Shown here: in pieces, positions 39,825 to 53,418 of the stretch | Layout: each line of letters opens with the position of its first letter | Position numbering within the stretch: the first letter of the stretch is position 1 | From: Eledone cirrhosa | Lineage: Eukaryota | DNA: 64,000 bases | Reading direction: 5' to 3' | Assembly (NCBI GenBank): GCA_964016885.1 | Contig: OZ024751.1 | Span: 46,190,001-46,254,000 of the forward strand | Position numbers and translations under genes: made by a program | Notes under the pieces: model-generated | The model's database searches: none | What the model was told of the DNA's origin: nothing | The model's input: only the letters and a program-made list of their open reading frames with translations

Positions 39825-41037
39825 GTGTGTGTTTATATTCTTGCATCATCATGTGTATATATATATATATATTTGTTTTACTCTTGCTCTCTCTCTCTAC
39901 ATATATAGCAAGAGTAAAACATATATCACTATTTGTATGTAGAGAGCTATATTGGTGAGTATATGATTGCTAAAGTTTTATACAAAGCTCAATCTGTTTA
40001 TGTAGTGGAAGGAATGAGAAATATTTTTATGGTAAAAGATACAGAAAGACATGTAAACACAGAGCATATCCAACCATATAAAACGATAGAATAAAGTTAT
40101 ATATATATATATAATCTGCTTGTTTAACCCCCATTCGGCCCTGATACAGCAAAACTATGACCTGGGGCAACTCAGCTGTGACGATCTTATCGTTTTTCCC
40201 CCAGGAATTGTATCGTTTACCTTGGGTTACACACTTCAGTGTGTTCTGTTTTTCAAAGATGATAGTGGTTTAAAAAATAAAATATTTCTTGCAGTTGAAT
40301 GACCACATAGAGGTCTTCCCTGCTGTCATGTTAATCAAGGCGACCTATGATAAGAAACATTCCAGGTATAACTATCCCGGCATTTCTCCAATACCCAGTG
40401 TATCCAAAGCGGTTTTATCTAATGTCTTGAGATTTTTTAAAATTTCGTGATGAGAAGGTACAATAATGAGTGTCTCTACCTAGTCGTTCAATCTGTTAGA
40501 AATAACTGCCAAATCTCCCACAGATCACACACTATCTTTCCCGACAGAAAAAAACGACACATTGGACAATGTAGTCGTAGGTAGATACTCAGAAAAAGGA
40601 TAGTCACGGCCAGTTAATAGTGTAGATCATTGATCATAAGTGTCTGCCTGTTCCTTTCTACCGTAATGTTTAGATCTCACTTCAATCAACACTCACATTT
40701 CTACTGCTACCATTTACCACACTGCCATCATTGCTCTTTGCTGATCGTATTTACACTATACCATATTAGTTAATACTCTTTTTGTCGGCTCTGTGTGTAT
40801 ATGTTCACTCACAGATGTTTCTTCGTGTCTGTATATATGTGTTTGTGTAAAGAGAGAAAGTGAGTGTGTAGTGTGTGCGCGCGTGCATGCGAGTGGTAAT
40901 ATTTTTTTTTTTTACTCAGAGAATGTGCCTATGACGTTTCTGTGTATACACATGAGTGTGTTGTACATCTGTATCTGTGCGTATGTATACTACGTATTCT
41001 TGTATGTGTGTGTTTGGATGACGAGTGTAAGTGTGTG

Positions 41038-41104
<67 letters not shown>

Positions 41105-41107
<3 letters not shown>

Positions 41108-41300
41108 CAAAGGAATTGTGGTAAGGAACCAGATGGACCATAACGCACCAGAGTACTCAATACTTAGGGTAGTAGAGTGGAAAATAGGAAAAAGTATGAC
41201 CCCGACGGCAGAACTCAAGCCGTTTCGACGGCTATTTCTGGACTAGAAATAGCCGTCTAAACGGCTTGAGCTCCGCCGTCGGGGTCATACTTTTTCCTAT
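41105..41300. mobile_element. Palindromic mini-insertion of PLE family A
   Basis: Same architecture; centre ~41243; (TA)n flanks. Confidence 0.88.
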
Positions 41301-41620
41301 ATATATATATAAAGGTTTTGTACGTATATGTGTCAGCTGTTCCGTTCCACCTCTAAGCGTTTTCCAACTAATATGATACGCGCACACACACACACACACA
41401 TATTTGTATGTATGTGTGTGTATGCATATATACACGCATATATCATCATCGGGTCGAGCTTGCTCGGCTTTCGACGACACGTCTCCTCCATCCATCTCTG
41501 TCTCTCATAGCGTTTGCCATAGCGTTTATATTTGTATTATATATATATATATATATAGTGTATATGCCATTGCACACACCATCGACGGCCAAGTGTTATG
41601 TAAAGGTCAGATATGAGGAA

Positions 41621-41679
<59 letters not shown>

Positions 41680-41915
41680 CAGAAGGGATATTCAAGTTGT
41701 TGGTAATTCAACAAATATAAATGTTTATAACTGATTCAGAGCACTCAACTGAATAACTTGAACCGTTAAGGTATATTCTCCTTGGTTATGTCAAAAGTTA
41801 TAAAACACACTTCGTATTTTATCTGATAATAGCGTACCAAAATTTTGGTACCCTTGAAATATATATAATAGAATAAATATGGTTTTATAAATATAGTTTC
41901 CATTTATTTAATATC

Positions 41916-41974
<59 letters not shown>

Positions 41975-42672
41975 CCAATATTTGCGGATACATCATATAC
42001 AGTCACGCGCGTGTGTATATATAAACACACACACGTGTGTGTGTGTGTGTGTGTGCGTGTGCGTGTGTGAAAAATTTGCTGTCGCTTTTGCGTTGTTATT
42101 TTGTTTTCTCAGATGACGAAATTACGAGTAAATATAGTAATTATACATGTATTGAGTACTTTTCCTCTCTTTGGTTATATATATAATGAGTACATTTAGT
42201 AAATATACATGTATAATTATTTTTCCTCCTGTTGGTTATATATATATATAAGACAAGAGAGAGAGAGGAAGACGGTGATATGGATCTAGGACTAGAAATA
42301 GTTGGTAGTATAACCATTATCTATTGGTCAATATATCGATTTATCACGATGAAACCCTCTAAAACGATCGTAAAACAATTAACTAATTAAGAACCTATCT
42401 TCGTCATTTATTTTATTTTCGTTGTTCCATAACACATACACACATTATGCATATGTGTGTGTTGCACACATAATTGTCGAACCTAAACTGGCATGTATGC
42501 ACTCCATTGCACTTTAAGGTCAATTTAACTCCTTTAATCGAATGATTGAGAAAAATAAAATAATAACAAAGTATCTCTTTATATTGTGTATTTATTGAAG
42601 ATGGGTCTGGGTTTTAGTTCCTAACTAGACATATTTTAGTCAACATCATAACGGTATGAACTCGATAACATA

Positions 42673-42820
42673 CGAGGGTTGGCTGACCAAGATACTCTCA
42701 TGGAATGACCAAATGATATTTATTAGTCCCTGGCAGTTATTAACGAGAAGAGTTGAAATTAATGCATGCAAGATTTCACATCACTCCTTCATAGCCTATA
42801 AACCTTTCAGCTGACCCTCG
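42673..42820. mobile_element. Mariner-type MITE (related pieces 49165-49346, 51280-51372)
   Basis: TA flanks; TIR cgagggttggctga / tcagctgaccctcg. Confidence 0.75.
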
Positions 42821-44075
42821 TATCATTGCCTCTTCCCTTAAAATTCTGAGTCGTTTAATGTTTTTTCTTTTATGTTAAGAAACTGTTTGTTATCTCGCGG
42901 CTTTGAGTTCGGTTCACAACAGTGCTAAGTTTGTCGGTGGTATTTCCTCTGGCTCTTTTACATACTGAGTTCAAATCCTGTTGAGGTCAACTTTGTCCCT
43001 CTTTCTCCCAAATTTTCTGGCCCTGTGCCTAAATTAGAAATCAATATTGGTTGTTTAATGAGAGTGGCAGTATTTAATTAACTTATAGCTGGCTATTTAC
43101 ATTCTTAGATCAAATGCCAACAAGGTTAGCTTTGCTTTATATTTTTCTGGGGTCGATAAAATAAGTACCAGTAAATACTGGGGTAGATTTAATCGACTAT
43201 CTACCCACCTCTTGCCTAAAAATTATTGTCGTATACCGCTAATATTAGAAATCAATAACTATTGTGTTCGATTCGATCGATCTATCTCCATCTTCATCTC
43301 CTTATAAAATTCACATTTTGTGCCGCTGTAAATTAAAATTAACTGTCTGGAACTGGTTGGGAGAGAACCGGGATTGTGTGGAGTTCCTGGCTCTCTCTTT
43401 CTCTCTTTGTCTCTGTGCCCCCCCCCCCCTCTCAAGGTCATTCAACGTATTTGGCAAAAATAGTTTATGAAATGGTAGATGGAACTATAAGGCAAAAAGT
43501 TGAAAGTTGTACTGGAGATGTTTGAAGTTAAATAATTAATAAATTGAACTTTGGAACGAAATCAAAACCGTATTCAATAATAACTATTTAACATAATGGA
43601 GATAATGTTCTGAATTTCTCAAATTCAACACATTTCAATTAAATTAAATTATATAAGGTTTGTGTTCTGTCTCAGTCAACTCGATCTATCATCTCTGTAG
43701 AAGTGTGTGTGTTTGAGAGAGATAAATAGATAGAGAGTACCAGTAATACAAACAATGATTCGCTGGATTATTTTAGCCTTCTTATATGACAAAATAGTGT
43801 AAGATAAAAATAGAAAGTAAGAAACAGTTAAGATTACTGTAATTCTCGGCTGTAATATCTCAGTTTTAACTGTTCTTCTTAACTCGGTATTGTGTTGCAC
43901 CGCCAGCCTACGAGAGAGAGCCTCTACGTAGTCACTTCAACTGCTAAAAATAACAATCAAATCTCATGCAAATCCTACCTTGTCTTAAAAAAAGGAATGA
44001 CATAAATATTAAAAACTTGAACTAGTCTTTTAATATATATATATATAAATATATACACACTCACACTCCCTTCCC

Positions 44076-44108
<33 letters not shown>

Positions 44109-44141
44109 AACTCACCTCCCCTATATAATCACCTACCCTCC

Positions 44142-44254
<113 letters not shown>

Positions 44255-44559
44255 TTATAAACTAAATAGAAATAATAAAGCAAACAACAGTAGAATGAAG
44301 AAATATATTAGTTTAACATTTGATTTAGTAGAAAAAGAGTCTTAACGTTTCAGTCACTGGTTCTTCATCAGAAGTTAGAAAGATAGAACCTGAGATAAAA
44401 GATGAAGTAGAATGATAGTGACAACGGGAAAAAAATTTGGAGAAAAAACAGGTGTGAGAAATCTACATTTTTTTCTCTTACACACATTCGACACCAGCAT
44501 GTCCAGCATGGAAAGTGGTTCTAAAATGGTGACCTTCCATCAGTGAAAGGTTTTGTAAC

Positions 44560-45072
44560 AAATACGTAATTTTTTCTCTTGAAATTTTCATTTATTAAAT
44601 GGAATAACCTGAACAAAACAACACCAATAATATATTTTGTAAAAATGTCAAAACAACAGATGGGAATCTAATTACTCACTGCCACCAAAAATTCTCACTG
44701 CTATCAAAAAACCACTCCCTGAACTTATTCTTCTAACAACTTCACCCCTCCCTCCTAATATTCTCTATAAAAACCAAACAGGTCCTCAGTAAAATTATTC
44801 CGATGAAATGACAGTTGATAATAACATTGAAATATTGAATGTCTGCATAACTAATACTTTGTAGATAGCAGCTGTTTTCAGGTTATGTAACTGTTATAGA
44901 AACACGTGTCAATAAATTCCTTTTAAATAAACTGTATCCATTAAAATCCTTCTATTTTTCTCCGGATTACTTTTGGAACTACAACTGGAACCGTCGAGCA
45001 AACTCTACGTGAGCTGTCCATCTACTGTGTGTAATATTTATATTACAACACTACGGAAAATACTGTATATAT
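44560..45072 (+). mobile_element. PLE-type 3' end with long-stem-II hammerhead motif (44793-44918)
   Basis: aattatt CCGATGA atgacagtt..aactgttat GAAAC acgt GTC aataaatt. The tail 44971-45072 recurs inverted at 16388-16488. Left boundary uncertain. Confidence 0.65.
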
Positions 45073-45078
45073 ACATAC

Positions 45079-45113
<35 letters not shown>

Positions 45114-46309
45114 GTTGATGGATGAAAGAAAAGTGTACTCAATACCGAAGTAGAGTTTAAATATTTATTTTAGGAGTTTCGCCTGTTTATCACAGGGTGA
45201 TCAGATGACTGTGATAAACAGACAAAACTATAGAGTAACAAGACTCGCTATATATATGTATATGTGCATATATTTATAGTGTTAGTACAGGAGTCTTTTT
45301 CCTGATATCCAATTGATTTAGCAGTATCAAAACTCTCTCATCATAACATTCTTTCTACTGGCTCTTATAAATTATCTTGTGTGCTACATTCTTGGCAGTA
45401 ATAACATCTGCTTACATCTGTTGTTAGTTCGTTCTTGTTTTAACTTCAGCTAAGTCTCATGGCTGACTGGGTGTGTGATGGTTTGTTTTTGTTGTCATGC
45501 CAAATAATATGAAGAAGACACTGCATGTTGGAAGTACTAGATGCCTCTCAGACTAATTTTCTTTTTATATTGTAAGGGAGGGCGCTGGACAACATGCTTT
45601 GTGGCATAGTTACAATCCTTTACGTTCTGAATTCAAATGCGGACGGGGTTAGCTTTGCCTCACACCCTTACAGGGTCGATAAAGTTCCAGTAACGCACTG
45701 GGGTCGATTTGATCGACTTTCCCCAACCCCTAAATTGTTGGCCTTGTGCCTAAATCAGAAACAATTATAACATGTAAAATGTCTTGCCAGAAGAAGAAAG
45801 AGAAGGAAAAAACATAATTTTAGACCAAGGGGAGGGGATCGATAGAATAAGTTCTACACATGTATAGATAGATATCGATTTAACCGTGTTTCCCATTCCT
45901 TTCACATCGATGACTTCATTTTTTAAATACCAAATGCACGAAATCATTCATTTAAAAAGTTTGGAAAAAATCATCTCGTCTTGACATTATTTCTTCTCCA
46001 CTATATTTGGAAAGACATTTTTACTCTCTCTTTCTAATACACCCTCTCTCTATCCCCCACTCGCTCTCTCTTTCTAATACTCCGTTTTCGCTACCTACCT
46101 TTCAAATACTTCTCTCTGATTCCCCCCTCTGACCCCCCCCCCCCTCTCTGATTCTCCTCTTTCTCCCACTAACTATGTTTATGTCGTTCTCTATGTACTA
46201 TATTCTAATACTCGTTAGTTCATCCGATATCAGCAGTTTGCAGGTGCTGTGTTTGTATATATAGTCACCTAGATAGTCTAATGTTAACTGCTGCTGCTGG
46301 TTGAAAGCA

Positions 46310-46346
<37 letters not shown>

Positions 46347-49300
46347 CAATTTTATTGGGGGTAAATAAACTGCTTTGCGTTCATTTCCTTCTCAAGGGCA
46401 AGATGACAAGTGGAAATTGTGGAAATCGAAACCGTGTCTTTGGTTTCTCATAAAATGTATTTACCTCTACGTTGTGGGACTTTTCTTTCTCTTTGACTCT
46501 CGTAACTCCCTTCCGAGGGAGTCGTAGGGATACCTTATTGAAATACGGCCTTTCTAGGGTACCTTTTAAAACTTGGCGGAGCCCTATCTCTTCTCCATGT
46601 CTGAATACAGTAGATTTCTTCCAGTGCGGGTACACCTGCACTTATAATGGCGGATTGATAACTTCACCTACTTTTTGTTTGTTTTCATCAAATAGCTACC
46701 TTTTGTGAATCTTATTTATTTTTCTCTTTCTCCATTTATTTCGTCGCTTTCCTATTTTTCTCATCCTCTCCAATTTTCGCCTGCTTAAGTTAGAAACCAA
46801 TGTATTTGCAGGGTGCCCCCCCCCCCCCCCCCCAAAAAAAAAAGATAGATATACACACTATATAGTTCATAGGTTACTCCGAATGGAAGCGTATGTATAT
46901 AGAAGCTCTTTAACATTTAACCTAATTATTTTTTTCGGAGATGTGATTACATTTTTGGGGGACCCCGTGAGATTTTGCTGATACAGTTTCAAAGGTGTAA
47001 ATTACGATTATGTTGATTAAAGTTATATATATTTTTTAAAGCCGGTATCTGGGAGATAAGGGGTTTGATACTTCGTAACGGCCGATAGCAACTTCTTTTC
47101 CCGTCTCTAAGGGTCTTCATCCTATTTTATAAACTATTTTATAGCATCTATCGTGCATGAGCAACACCACTTTAAATAATGTTTTTTTTTTTTTCAAGTT
47201 AGTGTTGTAGAAATGACATTACGTTCCTTACAGAAAACACGACATATTGATTTGATATACACGATTAATTATCATAATTGGAAGACACGATGAAAAATAT
47301 TTCCGTGTTTTATGTTTAGTCTACTACAAACGTAAGGTGGCGAATTGGCAGAGTTGTTAGAACGTCGGATAGAATGGTTTGTGGAATTCATTTCAGCTCT
47401 TTGCTTTTTGAGTTCAAATTCCGCCGAGGTCAACTTTGCCTTTCATCCTTTCGATGTTGATAAAAAAAGTACCAGTTTAATACTGGAGTCGATTCTTCCC
47501 CTATGCACATGGCCAAACCCAGTTCGTTTTGAACGTGTCGTTCGTGAACTACATATCACTAGGGGTCAGTTTGCTAAGGTATAAGATATCGGGCCGCTAG
47601 TCTACATGATCTAGCGATGTTTCATCCCTGCAAACTAGTAAATTCACCCTTTAGAAACCCTTAACTTTTACCCCCACCTCTAGGATTGGAGTGAATCTAC
47701 ATGGAGCACTGCCTCTGTAGGTCGAACACAGAGATGTCGACGGCGTTGATTCTCTTGGATCATCATCATCATCTTCTTCGTCTTCCATCATTATCATCAA
47801 CTCCAACACGTGCAGGAAATGAATTAGAAAAAGATGGATATGGCCACTTCCTATTGCCTTTTCGATTACGTCAGCAGAAGACACCATTGCTGTTCTTTCC
47901 GTTCCTCCTTAAATCTAGACATAACTGCACCAAAACTTCATCATTCATATCACATACATTCAATATCACGTGTGTGTAGATATATGTACGTATGTATGTG
48001 TGCACGTATATATATATGTACAGACGTATGTATGTACATAGACAATCATTCTATCCTGTATACGTAATGATTACTTGGTTTGCGATCAGTTTATTATTTT
48101 CTATATTTTGTTCGGTTCGTTTTTGTTCCATCCCTAAATTGCAAAGCTTTCCTTTCTCTTTCGTTTCTATAGTAAGTTTTTTTTCCAAAGTATCGATCAG
48201 AAACTGATTTTTTTCTGTATATCTGATGGTGTATCTCTTTCTATGTAAGGTGGGTCTGTAAGTTATCTCTGTGTCAAACTTAAACACATTTTCTGTGGGT
48301 GAGATGTGTCTATTTCACATATCTTCCCACTGTGTTCAACTTAAAACACTTTCTGTGGGTGAGGCGTAACTAAGGAATGGCAAGTATGAAATGTGTTATT
48401 GGACTTTCAGCACTTTCTATTAAAGTCCAACTTTGACCACATCATAAACAAATTTGCTTCAGTAAAAGCAAGGAAGATGCAGTTGTAATTTTCATGTATT
48501 GTTTTCAATTAAAAAAAAAAAAAAATTAACGAACGCGATTGGTATTTTTGAGCTGAAAGATGCAATTTCACATCTTGCCATAGGTGCTATTTTCCCGTGT
48601 GACGCCTGTTTCTGTGGATGACATAGCTCTGTTTCATATATATATTACATCGTAAGCATTTAAAAAAAACAAACAAAAATAAAAACAGGTCGACTTAAAT
48701 ATAGGAGGAAAACAATCATTACTTTGTATTTAAGAATCGGTTCATTTGAAATAAATTACGGTAGGGTCGTGAGAAGATGTCTGTAATTATGACTACAGCA
48801 AGAAGGATTGATAAATATACCATTTAAACAATTTTAAATCTAACTAATCTTATTTTATGCAATAGTTGTAGACATAGCTAGAGGTTAGGAGAAATGACCT
48901 TATTATATATCGTTGAATTTATCTACTAAAAATTAATAAGATAACCAACTGATATGGCTTTTCGACAGCTCATCGCCTGTGTTCTTTTAAACGGCTATCT
49001 AATTAGTTTTGCTTACCTGAGAAGTACTTTGACGTCTTCGTTTAATGTAGAACACCTAGTTTTTATTGGTTTTGTGATAGTGAAGCCTCATTTTTTGTCG
49101 AATTCATTAAATGAATGGTGGGTTATGTAATTTAGCTGATATCCCCCACCCATCTACCATTATACCAGGGTAGGCTGACTGTGAAGGAGTCATGCCAGAG
49201 CTGTGAAATCTTGCATGCATTAATTTCAGCTCTTCTTATTAATAACTGCATTGTTTCTTTCCAGGGACTATGTTGGAAAATAAACCTCATCTGGTTATTC

Positions 49301-49397
49301 CATGAGAGTATCTTGGCCAGCCAATGATCTTTTCAGCCGACCCTTGTTGTACATCACCCATCCACCCTTATTTATATTATATAGGAATGACGACTGG

Positions 49398-49586
49398 GGG
49401 TGATTGGCAGTATCGGTAGTGGGTCGAACGCCATGCTTTGACGCATAGAGTTACGTCCCTTGCCATTCTGAGTTCAAATCCCGCCGAGGTTAACTTTGCC
49501 TTTCATCCTTACGGGGTCGATAAAATAAAGTACCAGTAATACACTGGGATAATTGCTGGCCTTGTGCCAAAAAGTAGAAACAATTA
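49398..49586 (+). mobile_element. Most abundant tRNA-derived SINE, near full-length copy (others e.g. 6105-6270, 7155-7440, 13535-13680, 18005-18160, 25103-25200, 27380-27590, 35580-35720, 36535-36720, 43100-43260, 45585-45770, 47335-47490, 51050-51210, 52815-52957, 58910-59090)
   Basis: B box gagttcaaatccc, central gcctttcatccttacggggtcgataaaataaagtaccag (resembles the Meta-SINE central domain, from memory), tail gccttgtgccaaaagtagaaacaattat. Confidence 0.88.
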
Positions 49587-52089
49587 TATACTACATAGAT
49601 ATTTCGATTGTTTTGTTTTCTGTTTATTTCGCTTGATGTCGAATAGATTCATTTCTTCTTTGATTACTTAATTTCTTGTCTTTATTCTTGATAGGAGGGA
49701 TACATTGTTTCTCTGAAGTTTAAAAAAAACCAAAAAACCAACAAACTCTTGCTACTCAAATGGAAAGCCAAGCTTGTTTTATTTAATACGTTCAGCTATA
49801 AGAAACTTAACCCCCGTACAACATCGTTGGCTACTCACCAAATAACATTCTCAAATAATGCTGTAATTGTTAATAACAATGTAATACTTCGATAGATCTG
49901 GGTCAGGCTAATATGATGGCCTTAAATCATTTTTTTAGTCTGTGCTATCACAAATATAATGCTTTTAATTACGAAAATACTGTTTAAAGTTCTTAATGAA
50001 TATATAGATATAAATTAATTTCCCGGGCTCTTCAATTTAATAATTTTACCCTGTTGTAAATTATATAAAATATGAGATTTTCTATAACCTACGAACTGTT
50101 GGAGAAGTCTACCACTGTTGTTATTGTTTAGCTCTGAACCAACCCTGATTTAGCTGGCTCAGGATAAAAAAAAAAAAAAATTCCATCTATGACTATCTTG
50201 TCCTTTTGTTTTTTTATTCTATGCATAGACTATATTATCCTTCTCCTTTTAAAAGACTATAGTGTTTGAAGGGAATCTGGCTTCTATTTCTAGTAAGGCG
50301 ACCATACTAATTCGAAGTCTACCATTGTTCACAGTAACAAGAATGGAGATGGCAAAACTGTATTTATATATAACCACCCAACAACCCACATCTGACCTAT
50401 TTGATAAATGTTTTTTTTTTTGTTTTTTGTTTTTTTTTGTAATTTCAACGCTTTACATGTCATTTTAAGATAGCTTAATTTTCTATTCGGGTTTATCAAT
50501 TGTTAAACATTAACACAATTGTTAATAGTTTCGTGACAAAATCAGGAGTTGTAAAATAAACCAGATAAGCGATTTCATTACATTTTTTTTTAAAAACGAA
50601 GCCAGTTTTCCATCACAACTGCAGTCGGTGGGGGGTAATGAGACAGGATGGCATCACAATCTTTCTGTTCCTTAATCTGGGATGCAATCTGCAGTGGCAG
50701 GCAGAATAAAGATTGTAAGTTTAATATGGCAAGTACAGAAAACATTATGCAGTTTCTCTAAATGTTTTTCATTCTTTTTCTATGCCCAAGACTCACAAAA
50801 CTGAGGGTAGAGGAGAAAGGTAATTTTCAGATTGGAAATCTAGCTTGAATGCTCACAACAGAGTGGACTCAGTGTTAAATCAGGTTAACTACTTAAGAAC
50901 ACAACAAATTCCCATGGTGTGCTTTTAAAGTTGCCATATACCAAATTATACTCATAAGGCTGTCATCAACTCAATATTATGTAGGAGATACCTGGAACTT
51001 TGTATATACCAAGTAGATTTTTTTTACCACACGACCTTGCATACATTAGATTCGGTAGAGTGTTGGACACCATGCTTTGCAACATAGTTACGGCCCTTTA
51101 CGTTCTAAGTTCAAATCCCGCCAAGGTTAGCTTTGCCTTTCGAGGTTGATAAAATAAAGCACCAGTAATGCAAAATTGTTGGCCTTGTGCCTAAATTAGC
51201 AACCATTATCATATGGAGGAATTTAATAAAAATAACTAATATTTTCAACGTAGTTTCTGGAAAGAAACAATGCAGTTATTAATAAAAAGAGTTGAAATTG
51301 ATGCATGCAAGATTTCACAGCTCTAGCATCACCCCTTCATAGTCAGCCTATGAAATTCTCAGCCGAACCTCGTCACTTTCTCATTAAGTTGGTGTTTGGA
51401 ACATAACTTAACAAAGGTTCTTATGTAAAATTGTAAGAAAAAGATTTTAGAAATTTGGTTTAAAAGGAATTGTAGTGTAGAAGCAAAGGCAGTTTCAGGT
51501 GGTTTGATATCAAAACAATTAAACTTATTCATTTGCTTACACCTGTCTGGCACCAACCTTGGTTAGAATGTTAGATAGAGCAAATTGGTTAGAATGTTAG
51601 ATAGAGTACTTTGTGGTATTTATTCCAGTTCTCTCTCTGCCTTCAAATTCCATGAAGAAAAAGTTGGCCTTTCACTCAAGGTTGATAAAATAAGTACTAG
51701 TTCACTACTGGGTTTGATTTTCTCTCTCTCTCTCACACACAGATCCACTGTGTTCAGATCTAGAGAGGGTAAGGAGAACAAGAGAGATACAATACAGAAT
51801 GTAGGGAAATAGGTTGAAAAGTGAAAAGGCTTTGGTTATTTAGTATCTAGAGTTTTTTGAACATCAGATAGAATACTTTGCAGTATTTGTTCCTGCTCTC
51901 TGAACTCTGAGTTCGAATCCCAAGGTTCTGCCACTCCACTTTCCCCTTTCCCTTTCATTATTTCATTTTTTTCTTTTTTTCTTTTTTTCTTTTTTTCTTT
52001 TTTATTGCCAACAATGTTTAATTCAATTGAAATATGTTAAAATAAAAGACAAATAAACTGAATTCTTTGATTTTTGTTCTGTTTTGCAG

Positions 52090-52377
52090 ATGGTGATTTT
52101 TACATCGTTCCCAATGGAACGGTTTACTATTTAGAAGATACCCCTCTCAAATTGGCGTGTTATAGCACAAAGAAAAACATCACTATATCGTGGTCTGTAA
52201 ACGGTACAGTTGTTACAGCAAATGCCCCTTCCAGCTTCAATTTTACAAAAGAAATAGAAAATGGGAAACAAATATTACACCTGGAGAAGGCAAAGGTGAA
52301 AATAAGTGATTCTGGGACATATAGGTGTTCTGACATAAATAGTATTACAAAATCGGTGGTAATCTCCGTATTTAGCG
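52090..52377 (+). CDS. bsg: Basigin/neuroplastin-like exon 2 (Ig domain 1)
   Basis: ttttgcag acceptor, gtaagt donor; LKLAC..ISW..DSGTYRC; 288 nt, phase 1-1. Confidence 0.9.
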
Positions 52378-53114
52378 GTAAGTCATCAAGTAAATCAATA
52401 TTTCTGTACATTATTGTTTTGTACTGTTTATCAATGTTGTTCTTATTTCAGAGATGTACTTTACATGGCATGAGTGTATGTGTTGAAAATAGAAACTATT
52501 GAATGTGTGAAAGTGTCACTCATAATGTTTAATATAAAATGATGTGTATGGATGATGATTGTTGGGTAAAGAAGTGGAAGGTAGCTGCAGTAGAGGAAGA
52601 CCAAGGAAAACCTGGATAGTAGAGGTGGTGAGAGCTGATCCCAAAATTGCTGTAACTCATAGAGATGATGACAAAGGAATACAATGAATGGTGTGTTGGT
52701 GTGCTGGAAAAGACTTGTTCAACCCATGCAAGTATGGAAAAGCAGATGTAAAATGATGATGAACATACATGCACGAATACACCACCACTACATCTACTTT
52801 TGGACAATATTAGCATAAAGTTACGTCCCTTTACGGTCTGAGTTCAAATCCTGCCGAAGTTAACTTTGCCTTACATCCTTACAGGGTCGATAAAATAAAG
52901 TACCGGTAATGCACTGGATTAATTTCTGGCCTTGTGCCAAAAGTAGAAACAATTATATATTACTATATCAAGGGAGACAATTATCAGATTGAATCAGGAA
53001 AACCATGTTTCTGCCGCTGTCTATCTGACTCTCCCTATTTCTCCCCCCTCTCTCTACTTTTTTGTCTGTCTGTCTGTCTCACTCTCTACTTTTCGATCTG
53101 TTGTCTATTTCCAG

Positions 53115-53297
53115 TTAAGGTCTATAATGGAACAGTTGTGTCTGGAAAACCAGTGACCATCAGATGTGAGGCTGAAAACATACATCAACTGATAGCTTTT
53201 AACTGGACCAGGGATCAGAAGGAGCTATCACAACACAGTGATCTTACTGGTCGTTATATTGAACATGAAAACAATACATTGGAGATTCCAAAATCCA
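53115..53297 (+). CDS. bsg: Basigin/neuroplastin-like exon 3 (Ig domain 2, first part)
   Basis: tttccag acceptor, gtaagt donor; VTIRC..FNW..NNTLEI. Confidence 0.9.
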
Positions 53298-53418
53298 GTA
53301 AGTATATTTCAGTCTACATTTTAATTGCTACAATATTATTAATTTTTTATTGCATTTTCCCTGTTCTTTTCTTTCTTTGTTATATTTTTACTGAATAAAA
53401 ATAGAGTTACGCCCTTAA

